This document shows positions 1-13,899 of a stretch of DNA of 64,000 nt, one piece after another (position 1 is the stretch's first letter; each line of letters opens with the position of its first letter). Under the pieces are notes generated by a model that saw nothing but the letters and a program-made list of their open reading frames with translations, was not told where the DNA came from and ran no database searches. The translations under genes were made by a program, and so were the position numbers. Source of the stretch: Chrysomallon squamiferum (taxonomy: Eukaryota > Animalia > Mollusca); assembly GCA_012295275.1 (NCBI GenBank), contig CM022676.1, positions 682,001 through 746,000 of the forward strand, in the 5' to 3' direction.

Positions 1-254
1 ATCAATGATATATATATATATATATATATATAGTAGACGTTTTAAATTATTATCATCAGTTAAATTCAATAAATACTAACAGTAATAGAGTAAATAATAC
101 TTTACCATTATATATATATTTATAAATTTTATTATAAAGAGCAGTACTAGTATGTGTGAATATAAACTGAAGCTTTGAAATATCTTTCCTGTTTATCCTT
201 GGTAAAATATATATATATATTACAGAACTGATTGCTGGCATTTTTAATAAAATA

Positions 255-3200
255 ATGATACATCGCAGGAAAATCCAGTCTGCTCCAGGGAATACTGTGA
301 AGCCATTTTACTACCCAAGCCGACAGAAGAGGCTGAATCCTGAACAAGAAATGGTTTGTCATTGATCTTAAAATTATTTAATAACTTTAAAAAGCAACTA
401 CCACTACCCTGGTTAAATCATTGTTAAGAGAATTATTATCATTCATGTTCCATCTGATAGGTCAGTATTTTATTCCAAATTTCATTTATAATAATTACTT
501 AAACTATATTATCATCTCAGAATACATCATTTTCTACAGCCAGTAATCCAATGTCTCTGTTAAATAAATAATAATTCAAATTGTTTTTTGTCTTGTATGT
601 CAGATAGCACTGAGTCCTAACAGGTCTTCATCCAAATCAGATTTAAACTCGTCAGATCAGCTTTTTCTACGAGGCACACATCTCTTTTATGACCAGCCAA
701 AAGAGCTGAAACAGTCACCAAAGTTAGACGAATCATGGCCAAGCAGTGAGAGGGCTTCCAGGTAACTTTTGTGTTTAAAACTGTTAAAAGTCAGCGCTTC
801 CAGGTAACGTTTGTGTTTAAAACTGTTAAAAGTCAGCGCTTCCAGGTAACTTTTGTGTTTAAAACTGTTAAAAGTCTGTGCTTCTGAAATTTTGAGAAAA
901 AGAAATAGACACTGACATACATCTGAATAAAAACAATTATGAAGATGTAATTCAAATGATAATTTTCATTAAACTTTTACCTGATTGTTTATGGCAGGTT
1001 TATAAAGACATTGCTGTTATGCACAGACATATGTAGTATTGGTATATTTAGCCAGAAATTAATGAGCTAATTTCTTGAATAAATGGGTTAATTGTTATAA
1101 ATACATTTACAGTATTTGTCATAACCAGCAACTCATGTTTATTTTAATCAAAACGGCCACCACATGCTTCCAAGCAGTTGTTTCCTTTTTTAAGTTTATT
1201 ATTTTTTTCTTTTATATTATATAAAAAGTGTATGTATCTTCCTTCATATTTATTAGTAATGATTAGTCATTGAAAAAAAAGAAATTTACTACAGGTGATA
1301 AATATTACACTTCATGAAATTTAATTTGATTCATAATGACAAAATAATTTTTGTTTACATTTCATCTTATTACTAATTTATTAATAATGTTGTTCTTGTT
1401 GTTACACTGTTTATTACAGTTTTTCTGATGATCAGTTTCTTCCATCAAGATCAGATTTGTCAGAATATCAGAATAAAAAACACAGTTTTGATTTTTCTGA
1501 AGAAAGTGAAGTGTTGACATCTGATCAGAAAACAGAGTCAAAGGGAAAGTCAGTTTTACAAAGGTGAAATGTTTATGACTAACATATTAGTTGATAGTGT
1601 TTAGATGAGTTCGTCACCCAGAAACCTGCCAAGTTCTGGAAGCATGAAACTGCCTCAAAGATGGCAAAAGGCAGTGAAACAAAATGGCACATGTTTGGTT
1701 TAAAAATCTAAATATTGTCTTAGAATTTCTCTTTCAAAAATCTGTTCCAACACACAGCAGTAAAAACGTCTCTTAAAAGTGAAGTCAAAATAATGGATAC
1801 TATAGGATAAGTTAAAGTAATAAAAATTTCATTTTTTTAAAACTTTTTCTTCTTATTATCATTTTAATTTTTTTTATTTTTTAGGTATAAATTATAACAG
1901 ATTTTTAAGAATAATTATTGCATTATGTAAATTATTTCACTAGTTGTTTGATTTGTTAGCATTAATATTTACTTTCACTTTTTAAAGAGTTTTCAGTTGA
2001 TAAAATTTTGAAATAATGCTTTTCATTCAGAATTAATTTTTTTATTAATTCTTGGGTTTTTTCATTATAATGATGACATAATATTTTTTTATTACTATTT
2101 TTATTTTGTGCATACATTAAGTTACATATTTGGCATGCATATAATTTATATCTATGTATCAGAGTTCTTTGTTGTAGATACATAGACAGATTTCGACATG
2201 GTAAACCACTGAGTCGTGAGGAAAGAAGACAACTTGGAATCTCAGAAACTAAAGATTTCTGGTGGCTTGATTCATCTCCACCAACTCCAAGTGATTCATC
2301 CACGCCAAAAGATGAAGTGAAGGGCAGAAGCAGGCAGCATAGACCCTCATTCCAGGTACAAACAGAAACATTCAACCACAAAATTTATTTTTATAAATCC
2401 ATTTCATCTTTAGGTTCATGTGAAAATAATCATGTTATTGTTCAGATTGTTTTCTCTCAAGTTATAATTTTCTTGCCAGTTTTGTATATAAAGAAAATAA
2501 TTACCTAAAAATATTTGCATGTTGCTTAGTTCCTGTTTTATTTCATTCACACTGAACATTGAGAAAACAAGATCATGTTGTAATTACACTTCTTGTTGTC
2601 TTTCTTGCCAAGGAAACACAAATATTTTTATCTTGTCTTTTCCTTTATTATTACTAACTTTTCTTTTCATCATCTTTTGTAAAAAAGACATTATTTTAGT
2701 GGAATGCCATAAAATTTTATGATGTCAAAATAAAACAGAAAATGTCAACATCCGTGAATCTGCATTAGATTTAATATTACTGTCATGTCAGCAAAGATTC
2801 ATCAAAAAACAAAAACAAAATTGAAAGAAAACAAAACTTTTAGATTATTTGTTCTTCTTATTAAAGTTATTCTATTTAATTGCATCAAAGTGAATATAAA
2901 TTTTTATCAGTCAAGTCAAAAAATGCCAAACATTGTTGTGATTTGTTTTACATCACAAAGATTAAGAAAAACAAAATTATGTAATTTCACTTTGTATAAT
3001 TTGGTGCTGTTCAGGAGGCACACAGCAAGGCTGAAATAAGAAAGTCCAGTGATGATGAGGGCAGAGAAGATGAAATTATAACAGAGATGCAGAAAAAAGC
3101 TGACAGACTTGTTGAAATGAGGTGATTGTAGATTTTTTTTTTATTTCGATGTTTTTACCACCATTTAACAGCAACAACTAAAAGTAGACAGCATCCAGAC

Positions 3201-3496
3201 ATTGTGTGGAAGAATAATAGCGTGTGACACTTCTACACAGGAAATTACATGTTTTAATCTTTTTTTAATGACCTCAGGATGTTATAAATAATATTGAATT
3301 ATAAAATGTGTTGCTATTTTATATAAATTAAATCAATGTTAAAAGAATGAAGTTCATTTATCAGTGACTAGTTATCATCACAGTCATACTGGATAGGTAG
3401 ATCTATAAAATATTTGTAGGTATATGTGTGTGTGTCTATATATATATATATACATATATATACATATATATGTATATATATATATATGTATATATG

Positions 3497-3536
<40 letters not shown>

Positions 3537-6500
3537 AAATCTGCAATGACAAATTGATTTTGAGCCAGATTGTTTACAATACAAATACAGTTTTAAAAGT
3601 GATGACTTTTGATGAGTTTCAATGTTGACAAATGTTTGTTGATATTTCAGTGAATGCAGTCTTGGCTCTTCAGGCCCGGCAGTCAGTACAGATGGGTTGG
3701 GCAGCACATCAAGTGACGTGTACAGTTTACAACACCACACCCTACCTCAGCGTCCACTCCATCCAACAAGTCACAGTCAGTGTACTTACTTATTTGTTGT
3801 GTTACTGTTTTCATTCATACAGAGACTAACATTACCTACTGTGAAGTTATTTCCTATATTTCCAGATTTAACTGATGTTTTGTTTCAGATGCTGTGACGG
3901 GTGAGAGAAGAGTTGAGCCAGTGATACCGTCGTGGACGTCAGGTCCTGAAGATGATATTTTGTATCGCTGGAGGTTGCAGAGAAAGCTGGATACAGCAAG
4001 AAAAGGAATCATCAAACCTGAAACTCTGAAACCCACAAAAGTAACTTGTATACTACATCTACTTTGAACAGTAACTTGTATACTACATCTACTTTGAACA
4101 GTAACTTGTATACTACATCTACTTTGAATAGTTAATTCATATATTACATGTTCATTGGAAAATAATATCTCAAGTCAAATAAAAAAAAGTAAACAGTAAA
4201 AGATCCCAAAATAAAAGTGTATGTGTTATAACATTATAAACAGAACTAGTCAGGGTCTTTACATCAGTTTACAAAGTGAAACCATTAACAGTTAAAGCTA
4301 AAGAAATAAACTGAACACAGCTGTTGAAAAATAACTCAGTCAGTAAAGTATAACAGTATTGGGTGGAACAAAACTTTGTAAAAAATTTCACTGGGAGGCA
4401 TTTTACTTCATCTCACTGGCAAATGAAATATATTCCGAAAGGTGAACAAAATTGTAATGTGTGGTTGAATAAAGCTATGTACAGATATCTAAATATTTTC
4501 TTTGGATAAAAAAAATCTATGTACTTTTGTTCCAGTACAGTAATTACTAGTGTTCTTGTGGTTAATATTTAGAATTGCTGATTTTGAGAGAGATAAATTA
4601 TCTTAGAGAATTTGAAACAAACTGTATGAGAATTACTGAATGCTATATCATATCTTCAGCAGTAATAATATTCACAAGCATGGCATTAATACTGTTTAAT
4701 GATTATTTAGTTTTTAATTGTTTTAGGATGCAGACAACATGTTAGAAGATTTTGGTCAAAGACTGACAAGAAGGGTGTTACAGACTGGTGATACGTTCAC
4801 TCCCAGACAAGTGCAGCAAGACAGAACAAAAACACTGCAGGTACCTCGACACACTGAAAATAGCAAAGTCTTGTATTTCATAGATATACTTGTTAATTAT
4901 ACATTTTTTAAAAACAGCATAGACTGCCAGAAATACATATTATTCCATGCAAGTTAAATAAGTGGATGAAATGAAATGGGTTTGGTAATTTCTGCAGGTA
5001 TTAACAAGTATTGCTGAACTGTTGTTTGAAGAATGTAACCAGCTGTAGAGTGAATGCTGGGCTATCATTTCTTCATCACAATGCACACAAAGCAAACAGA
5101 TTTTAATATTCACCATACAGTCACTCAGACTTTTGTAATTGTTCATCAACAGTTGTTTTTTTCTCAGTCTTATTGATGATTGTTACAAGTACAGTTAAGT
5201 TTCAAAAAGTACTTCATTTATTTCTACCCATTTAGTGTAACAACCAGCATAAATATATTTTTAATATAAAAATAAAATAAATTAAAACAAGTAGCTAAGT
5301 GTATTAAGTGCATATATATAACTTAATTGATTTTTATTTCATTTTATATTATTTGTTTGACTGGATACATATGCAGAAACTAATAATATTGTCTTTGTAA
5401 ATGTAACTAAAGAAAATCTGGAAATTTAAAATCAGTTTTCATCCTATTCACATTTTCAGGATATTTCAATATTGTTCTCTTTTTTTTCAGGTAGAAGTTG
5501 AAACACAGACAACTGAAGATGTTATTTTATCAGGAAAAGATGAGATGTCAGAAGAACAGTCCAAAACAAAACCTTTCACAGTTTCACAAGCAGTAATAGC
5601 CAGTCCAGTAGCATCTCAAGAGAAAATATCTTCTGTTGATCCTCACTTCCATTTCATGTGTGACTTGTTACCCTGTTCACATCTTCCAGAATACTCAGAC
5701 AACAGAAGGCAGAGTCACACACAGAGGAATTCCAGACATGCAGATATCAGTTCTGAAGGTGAAGGTGACAGTGTGCATGGTACAAAATATAAACAATATT
5801 TACAAGCAGAGAAACCTGACAGTGACAGGAAGAAAAACTTCACAGAAAAAGATGAGAAAAGGCTGGACCAAAACCACGCAACACAAAGCCAGTGTGATAA
5901 AAGTGGTGGTTTTCATAGACACATCACTGAAGTGAAAAGACGTGACTGTAAACAAATATCAAATGGAAAAAGAAAAGTGCATTTAAATTCATCTGCTGAA
6001 GGTTTGTCCAGTGAAAGACAAGCAGATGTCACCTTTTCTGAACCTGAGGTAGAAAGACACAGAGCTGTGTTGTTGGACTCTGACACAAGAATTCCCAAAA
6101 TAAACCTTTCCAGCAGTCCACACTTGACAGCAGCAAGAATTAATTCTGCAATTGGTCAGGTAAAATTTAATATTTGTCTTAATGATTGTAATTCTCTAGT
6201 CACTGAAAACAGTAAAGGCACTTTACAAGTAAAAACAGGAAATATTGTATGAGAATTTGGTTGGATAATTTGAATGAATCGTGATTTTGTCAGTAAATCT
6301 GTCCAGTGTAGTCTGGTTAAAACACATAAATTAACATTAGTAAATTAAAATCTCATCTTTTTTGTAATCATGTAAATCTTTGAGATTCATTTTTCAATCA
6401 AGCAATGATCTATTAATTTGTTCATCCATCATTAACTGATGTTGCTGTTATTTTTATTATTAGTAATAGTATTTATGTTATCAACATCATCGTCATTTTT

Positions 6501-9500
6501 ATCTAATGAAATATTTTTACTGTTTATTCATGGCAGATTAATCTCAAATTCATGTTAATGTTGTTTGTTTGGGTTTTTTGTTAGCAGTTTTATTACTGTT
6601 ATTGTTATTGTTATTTATTATTACTATTTCTATTACTTCTGTTATTAGTATTATTATTATTAAAGGTTGTGGAGGATCATTTGTTCAGAAGATCAGATTT
6701 AACAGTTGTGTCTAGTGTAGATAGTTGGACATCACTGTCAGAAAGTAGACCACAGACAACCAGACAACAGACACTTGAGTCTTCAGTCAGTAACACTGAC
6801 ACACCAGAGAAGAAACCTATACTAGACACTGATCTCAACAGTTAGTATCAATTTAACTATTCATTTCAGCAGTATGAATTATTTAAAATATTGATTTATG
6901 AGTAAACTTACTTAGCATATGGAATTTTTATACTTAGCATTATTTAAAATATTTTTTTTTATTAATAAAGTTATAAACATTTAAAATATTAATTTTTATA
7001 GTAAAATTCTGAATCTATTAAATAAACTGAAAGAGTGAAATGCAAAACGACAGTATTCAAGAGTAAAACAGTAGTAAAACAGAATGATTTTGACAAATTC
7101 TACAAATGAAAATACAGTTAATTTATGATTATTAAATATAGTGTAACTACTTAACAGTTAATATAACAATTTATCTCTTAATGTAACTAAACTTAAATGT
7201 TAATAACTATTAATTAAGAATCTAAACCTCAGATTAACACAAACAAAAACAAGAAGTTTAAATAATGCAAGCAAACTGAAAGAAGTAATAAGAAGTTATT
7301 TTATTTTTAAAATTTGTCATTAAATTAGTTATACAAAATGTTCTGTGTATCATTGTTACAGATGTACAGTATGAATCAGATGGAGAATTTTCAGATGACA
7401 GCTTGCTTCAGATCCTGAGAAAACAACGCTCACAGTTTGAAGAGAAACTTAGGTTTGTTTAAAACAGATTGTAAAAACATCTATACAGTAATATTTTATA
7501 AACTCAGGTTTGTTTCAAAACAGTTTATAAATAAGAATCTATACCAGTGGTTCTCAACGTTTTTCTACTCTCGACATACCTACGAGCGCATGAAACTGTC
7601 GCGACACAGTAATAATTTTAAATATTATATGATGAAATCGTAAAATAAATTTAAAAATACATATATGGACTTGTCTGATACAGTTTATTATGTTAGTATC
7701 CCAGAATTACCACTTACCTAGTGTGAAACTTGTGCCTGGTGTTGTCTTATGACTTCTTGAATATTTGGTCGTATGTGCGATAAGCAAACTCTCATTTCTT
7801 CTTCAGTGGAACGTAGTCTTTCTCTCTTCTTATTTTTTATATTATTTAAGGTTGAAAAGCCCAATTCACACAAGAAGTAGAGAATTGTAAAATAACTAAT
7901 AGGGCTTTTTCAGCTAATGCGGGAAATTCCTTTTGTATTGAAATCCAAAATGTGTCGATATCTACCTCAGAATGCTTTATTTTAAGACTGCGATCACTTG
8001 AAATGGTAGCCAGTTCTTCTTCTTCGCATAATTTAAACCCAATATTAGAAGGAACATCTACAAAAGGATTACGAACCCAGTCGTACTTTTCAGTGTACAG
8101 CGACGGAAAGTAGTGGTCGATGTTTTCTTCGAGCGCTGTCAGATGCTCAACCACGATAGGAAACATATCAAACTCACTCAACTTCGCTCTGTTTTTCCAA
8201 ATAATTTTCTTTTTAAGGGCAACCAACTTATCTGTCGAAATTAAAATATTTTCGTTTCGATCTTGCATACTATTGTTCACAATATTACGCTGACCAAATA
8301 TTTCCGTTAAATATTCCATTTTGGCCATCCAAAATTCACATCGAAATATTTACAAAATCTTTCTAGCTTTTCTTTATCAAAAAATACTATTAATTCATTC
8401 TGTAATTCATGAACGCGAGTTAACACTTTACTTTTTGACAGCCATCGAACGTCGGTATGCATGAGTAAGCGAACATGTTGAGAATTGACAATTTCAACTA
8501 CTTGATGTAACACTTGCTTCAAATCTTCTTGTGATACTTTTGAAACTAAAACGTCTCTATGTAAAAAGCAATGAGTACGAACAAGATTTGGATTTTCTTT
8601 CTGTGCTAGTGATGCAAAACCTTTAATGCAGCCTACCATTCATGGAGCACAATCAGTACAAATACCATGGATTCATTTGCCATTTTTTCACCACAAACTA
8701 TACATAATGAACATGGCTGAGCAACATCTCCTGACCAAGAAAATCCGAACTTCAAATAATCATCACAATACCGTCTATTATGGTGAACTTTTGTCTGGAT
8801 TTTGTGGGCTTCATTGTATGTTCTGTTTCAACCTCATATCCGTCACTAACATCCTTCCTTTTAACAAATTTATCCATTGCGAAGGGGTATTCATAAGCAA
8901 TTAACACGCGCGTACTCTAACCAACAACGGTAAACAACAGGCAGTGTTAAACTGATCCGTGTGTCAACTGTCAGCCTCCTGTGTCAAACTGGAACATTAA
9001 GTAGTGTTCAAAAAAAATTTCATTCAATCACCTTCTGAAATATATGGTAAAAACTAACCTTTATTCTACCAATGCAATAACAAAAACTGAATATCTTTAA
9101 TTAATTCACCATATGATTTAACTCAAGTATTGCGAGCTAAAAACAATAGTTTGAAAGTGCGTGAACAACACTGATTCTGAGGTAAACAAATTGAAAAATA
9201 TGCAAGCACAGAAAACAGCGTTCAGTTCTAGTTATGATTAGTCATAAACTAATTTAGTTTAAATTCATCTGTAATTTAGAGGTCAAAATTGAGCGTGTAG
9301 TACGATTGTGTTCCAATTAAGTAAGCACTGTTAACTGAACAGATTTGCCGTGACGACAGATTTGCAAAGTCTGTTCTAACTAGGATAATTTCTTAACTAA
9401 ATACACCTAGTTAGCTACATCTCTTTACTAATAAGTGTTTAAGAATGACAATAATTTAAAACACAGCGAAGTTAATTCGGCAATCGGCATTATGCACGCG

Positions 9501-10175
9501 CACACACGACCAGTGCGGAACAACACCACGCACACAACCTGTCACACTGACGTCTCATGGGAAACTAACTGATCGACCTTGAGTTCCTTCCTCCAAGGCA
9601 TATTAGTAGAACATGAAACCGAGATTTATGCACATTGTCCGTGTTTTCGTCACAAAGTTTCGCGACACGGCGGTTGAGAATCACTGATCTATACAGTAAT
9701 ATTTTATAAACTCAGGTTTGTTTCAAAACAGTTTATAAATAAGAATCTATACAGCAATATTTTATAAACTCAGGTTTGTTTTTAAATAGTCCAACAAAAA
9801 CTATTTAAAATTATAACAAATATATTAAAAAAAGAATTTTTCTACTTGCTTCTGTTATTTAATTTTGTTTATAATCAACACTAAACATTTTATAAATTTA
9901 ATCTTCAAAAATGATAAATATTTACGATGAGGTACACACATAAGGCAAAACCACATATTTTGTTTATCGCTTTATAACCGAACACATTTTGTCTTATTAC
10001 CTTGTTACAGAAAGCTGGGAGAGGTTGATGATTTTTGCTCCTTTTTTCTTCTTGATTGTTTGATCACTGTCAAATAGTTTGTAAAAATGTTAAATATTCT
10101 ATTTTCTTTTGTTGTTTTCTTTCCAGTAAGGTTGATCATCTTCTTTCAAAACGTACAACAGCGTCTCAGTATTAA
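255..10175 (+). CDS. PROSER3: Proline and serine-rich protein 3-like (C19orf55 family), 12 coding exons
   Basis: Phase-consistent GT-AG exons: 255-353, 604-761, 1420-1563, 2178-2355, 3015-3121, 3651-3775, 3889-4040, 4727-4840, 5491-6159, 6666-6840, 7362-7452, 10127-10175 (TAA). The translation contains motifs I recall from PROSER3 homologues: YYPSRQ, DESWPSSE, SVLQRYIDRFRHGKPLSREER..DFWWL, EDDILYRWRLQRKL and C-terminal EFSDDSLLQILRKQRSQFEEKL. A 5' UTR exon probably lies upstream of the window (acceptor at ~225). Confidence 0.8.
754..876 (+). repeat. 42-bp x3 tandem repeat spanning a splice donor
   Basis: Unit GCTTCCAG|GTAAC(T/G)TTTGTGTTTAAAACTGTTAAAAGTCAGC at 754, 796, 838; the first copy contains the real donor at 761/762. 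Confidence 0.9.
4041..4131 (+). repeat. 30-bp x3 tandem repeat beginning at a splice donor GT
   Basis: GTAACTTGTATACTACATCTACTTTGAACA at 4041, 4071, 4101; exon ends at 4040. Confidence 0.9.
5491..6159 (+). CDS. PROSER3: Largest PROSER3-like exon (669 nt, low-complexity Ser/Glu/Lys-rich, contains DPHFHFMCDLLPC)
   Basis: Polypyrimidine tract plus AG at 5489-5490, CAG|GTAAAA donor at 6159/6160; overlaps ORF 5545..6252. Confidence 0.8.
7545..9686 (-). mobile_element. hAT DNA transposon, Buster/Charlie/SPIN-like, internally deleted (non-autonomous)
   Basis: TIRs CAGTGGTTCTCAAC (7545-7558) and GTTGAGAATCACTG (9673-9686) match at 13/14. Perfect 8-bp TSD ATCTATAC at 7537-7544 and 9687-9694 with central TA (nnnTAnnn, the Buster-type target). 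Transposase remnant inside. Confidence 0.95.
7718..8877 (-). pseudogene. Frameshifted, internally deleted Buster-type (ZBED5/SCAND3-like) hAT transposase
   Basis: Fragments in different frames: MDKFVKRK start (8877), YCDDYLKFGF, CTD..MVGCIKGF..HCFLHR, HTDVRWLSK, WVRNPF, FWISIQKEFPALAEKAL..FSTS and terminal EMRVCLSHIRPNI..HQAQVSH* (stop 7718-7720). Confidence 0.9.
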
Positions 10176-13100
10176 TTAATGGAAATGTGTGAAGTCCAAC
10201 ATTCAGTTTTAATTACATGAAAGAGGCAATTTTTATCATCATCGTCATGAATGAGAAAACAACTATATAACTTCTTGAATGATTTAGCTATTACTAGTCA
10301 CTGTATTGTTGATGGAAGTGAAGGTATATGTTCAAACATTGTGACTACAATCAGGATGGTTTATAGTACAAGAATTATTATAATAATGTTTTATTTGTCT
10401 CACTGAATTGAATTCATATTTAAAAATTAACATAAATTTTGATATTATATATTTAGTTTTTTCTCTTTAATATGTTGTATATTGGAAATCTCTAAACTTG
10501 AATGATTATTTGATGATATGTCACTTTGATTTGGATTATTAATTATATCTGAAAGCGTAGATATACAGAAATCGTCTGTTTAATAGATCAAGCTTTATTG
10601 TCACGGACACACACGGTTTTCTCTTTCTAAACAACACATATCCACACAATAAATCTTTAAAATTTCATCATCCAAACAATTTTTTTTAGCTTTTACTGAA
10701 TTTGGTACGTAGCTTAAAAAAACCAAAAACAAAATATTGCACTGGGAATTGTCTGTATGTTGTATGAGTTTAATTTTGATTTGACATCATTTTGAGATCA
10801 AGTTGAGCACAAAGTCAAATGTTTACCACAGTTTAGCCTGCAGTGAGTTGGAATCCTTAACAAATTAGCTTTTCAAAGACTCGTTTTATCAAAATCAACT
10901 TACGAGGTGGTGGTCATGTTTGTCTGACAAATAAAACATTAACAGATTTATTAAAACAAATATAAAAAAAATGCACGAAGAACAAAAGTAGAAGTAATAA
11001 TAACTACAACAGTGATGTTCTTAAATCTACTCATGCTAGACTCATTTCTATTGTTATTTTTATATATATATATATATTCTTTTATTTTTTTCATTATTAT
11101 TATTTTATTTATTTATTAATGGAACAGTAAAGCAACTGCTACAAATTAAGATAAGTTGAGAAGAGAACCATTCCACAACTTCCTTCTTGTGATTCAAGGT
11201 GCCTGTGTGGGTTATTGCGTTTGAATATGTACATATGTATAACAGTTTCTGACTGTATTATGGGTCATTGACCTTTATGCTGAATGAAAAATTGTCATGT
11301 ATTGTGTAGTATATTTTGTGTGTGTGTTTGATAGAGAGACAGAGAGACACTGCAGTACTAAATATAAATGTTCCAGTCGCAAAAGGTTAACAATATAATA
11401 TTGTAATCAACTGAACTTCCTGAACAATTTGTACCCATGGATGCAAGGACAAAATTCTATTTCAGATTTGATATAGAAAAAAAATTACCAGATTCCGGCG
11501 TATGATATATATGGAATTTTTTTTTAAATATATTTTATATATATATATATATGCCTTACGCTGTTGATGAATTGTATTGTGTTGACGGTTCATGGTCAGA
11601 GTTTCTCAAAGTAAACTGTGCTTCTGATATAAAGATATTTAGATCATTCCTGAACTTGAACAAGAAAGACATTAAGGTAATTCCTTGTATGTGAATAAGA
11701 AAAATCATTTAAATCATTTCTTAAACTTCAGCAAGAGAGACATTTAGATCATTCCTTGAGAGAGGTTTAAAATCATTCTAGCCTTAAAATTTTTAAAAAA
11801 TCACAGCTTTTCAGCATGTCTGTTGTTCTACCAGCCAAGATGACTTTCTCTGTCAGAAATGAAATTGAAGTTCCAGATCTTTGGAAGAATTTGGAGGAGG
11901 AAGTGCACAGCGATGATAGTTGGAAGATTTGGGAGAACCCGATTTTCTTTTCCCAGTGTTTCACACACGGAGAATCCAAACTGATGGTCTTCATGTGAAA
12001 AATGAACATGCAAAGTGATCTTGATTTTTAAAAACATTTGCATTGATTTTTTATTTTGATGTTTTGCTTTGTTATTTGTAAAATGCATTACTTATTAGTT
12101 TTATTTTAAATTTATATCAATGTAGCTAAATTCATTTTTGACTTAAGTGACCAAAAGTTATATAAATGCTATGGATTCAATAAATAAATAAATAAATACA
12201 ATTATAATTGTTTTTCAGAATTTAGGTATTACGATAATGCGCTCAAATAACGGGCAAGATACGTTAAACTCAAAGTTGTCTGCATTCCGTTTGTATCGTG
12301 TTTCTGTTCATGTAATATTAATTAAATGCTTTTTGTCTGAAATTAGTTTTTCTATTTATGAATTTTCTTTTGATACCTTTGTAAATTTTAATGGTGCTGA
12401 AGAATTGAAACAGACTCACTCCGAGCAGGCTTAACTTTCAGATATATGTTTTTACCTTGAGCTAACTAAGTTTTGGTATGTATGTGGCCAAGACACATTT
12501 TATGAATGTCAGGTTATTATTAAAACTGTTGCTGATTAGAAAATAATAATAATAATAATAAGTTTTCAGGCCAAAAAAAAAAAAAAAAAAAGAAAGAAAA
12601 AAAAAAATGCCAGTTTCTGTGGTAGTCGAGTCTAAATGTGAAATTATTTATTTAGTTTTATTAATTTTCTGTCAGTTGTTGGATTTCAGTCATTTATTTA
12701 ATATTCAGTGCACGCTGAGTTATCAGCGACTGTGTAAAATATCAGTTCTTACAGAAACTACAAAACGTTTTTGTGAGTATGAAGAAAAGTATTATTCTCA
12801 ATACAAAAGGAAAAAAAAAAAAAAAAAAAAAAACCCACAGCCATCAATTGCTTCAAAAACACTTGAGCATCAGTCGCCTCTGAACTTACCTCACTTTTCT
12901 CTTTGCTACCAGCACAATAAAAGTAACCAATAAACCGATCTTGGCTTTGATAAAAAAAAAATTGTCGTATCTATAGCTTAAAAAATATTTTTAATGTAGT
13001 TATTTAAAATAAAACTTTTGAGAAGAAAAATTTGGCACTGAATTTTCAGAAATAATTCAAGTTCATACCATTGATATTATGAGATCTTAGCAATTAGCTG

Positions 13101-13899
13101 GCTGTGTGTTGGTATTTGTGGTTTGCCAGATAGCAAGTTAGTGTTTATGTTGATGCAGTAACAGTTAAATGACAGACCACACATACACCATCAGTCTAAT
13201 CAACATCTAGTACTTTTAGATAAAAACTTATTTCTTTCAATTTAGACCATTCAGCCATTCAGACTGTAAATGATATCCAAAAATAATAAAAGTTACCTTA
13301 GTTGTCAGATTATGAAGGTATTTCTAAAATGTTCTGTTAGCTTCATGAATACTAATTGCTAATATCTCATTTTCACAAAATGCAATAAAACAAATCAACT
13401 GCATTAAAATATATATATATATATCTGTGCAGTTTTCATAGTTCAACAGCCACACTAACATGATGGTGGAATTTAGTACTGAATTTAGTGATTTCTGCCT
13501 GTCAAAGTGTCTGAGACTAGACATTTTGTATAAAATGCATTCTAATTTTCTGTTTTGTGGATTGTGTGTTTGAGAGAGCATTTACAATAACTTTATATAA
13601 CCAATGCCAATACTAGCTATAAAAGATTAACACCACAATTTTGTGATCAACTGCCATTTAACTTTTATTTTAGTGGACTGTTACAAAATTAACAAATTGC
13701 TGAATAAAATGATTTATTACAAGATGTAGAATAATTTCAACAAGTTTAAATAACATTTCTCTAACATGTGACTAATTAAATGTTTTCAAGATGTCTAGTT
13801 AGTCATTAGAAGAACAAGATGTCTGTATAATTAATCTTCTAAAAATTAGTGATTTGTTATTTCTGTTATTTAATTAAATATTTCAATAAAACATCACGT

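Larger units (their letters stand above)
7447..9785 (+). repeat. ~58-bp donor-containing repeat (about 3.5 copies) interrupted by the hAT element
   Basis: ACT(T/C)AG|GTTTGTTT..ATCTATACAGTAATATTTTATAA copies at ~7447, ~7502, ~9710, ~9768. Confidence 0.85.

Noticed and set aside
10011-10077. Alternative last exon of the PROSER3-like gene (RKLGEVDDF..)
   Set aside because: A plausible AG exists, but exon 10127-10175 has a stronger pyrimidine tract and continues the helical C-terminus better; cannot be supported without RNA data.
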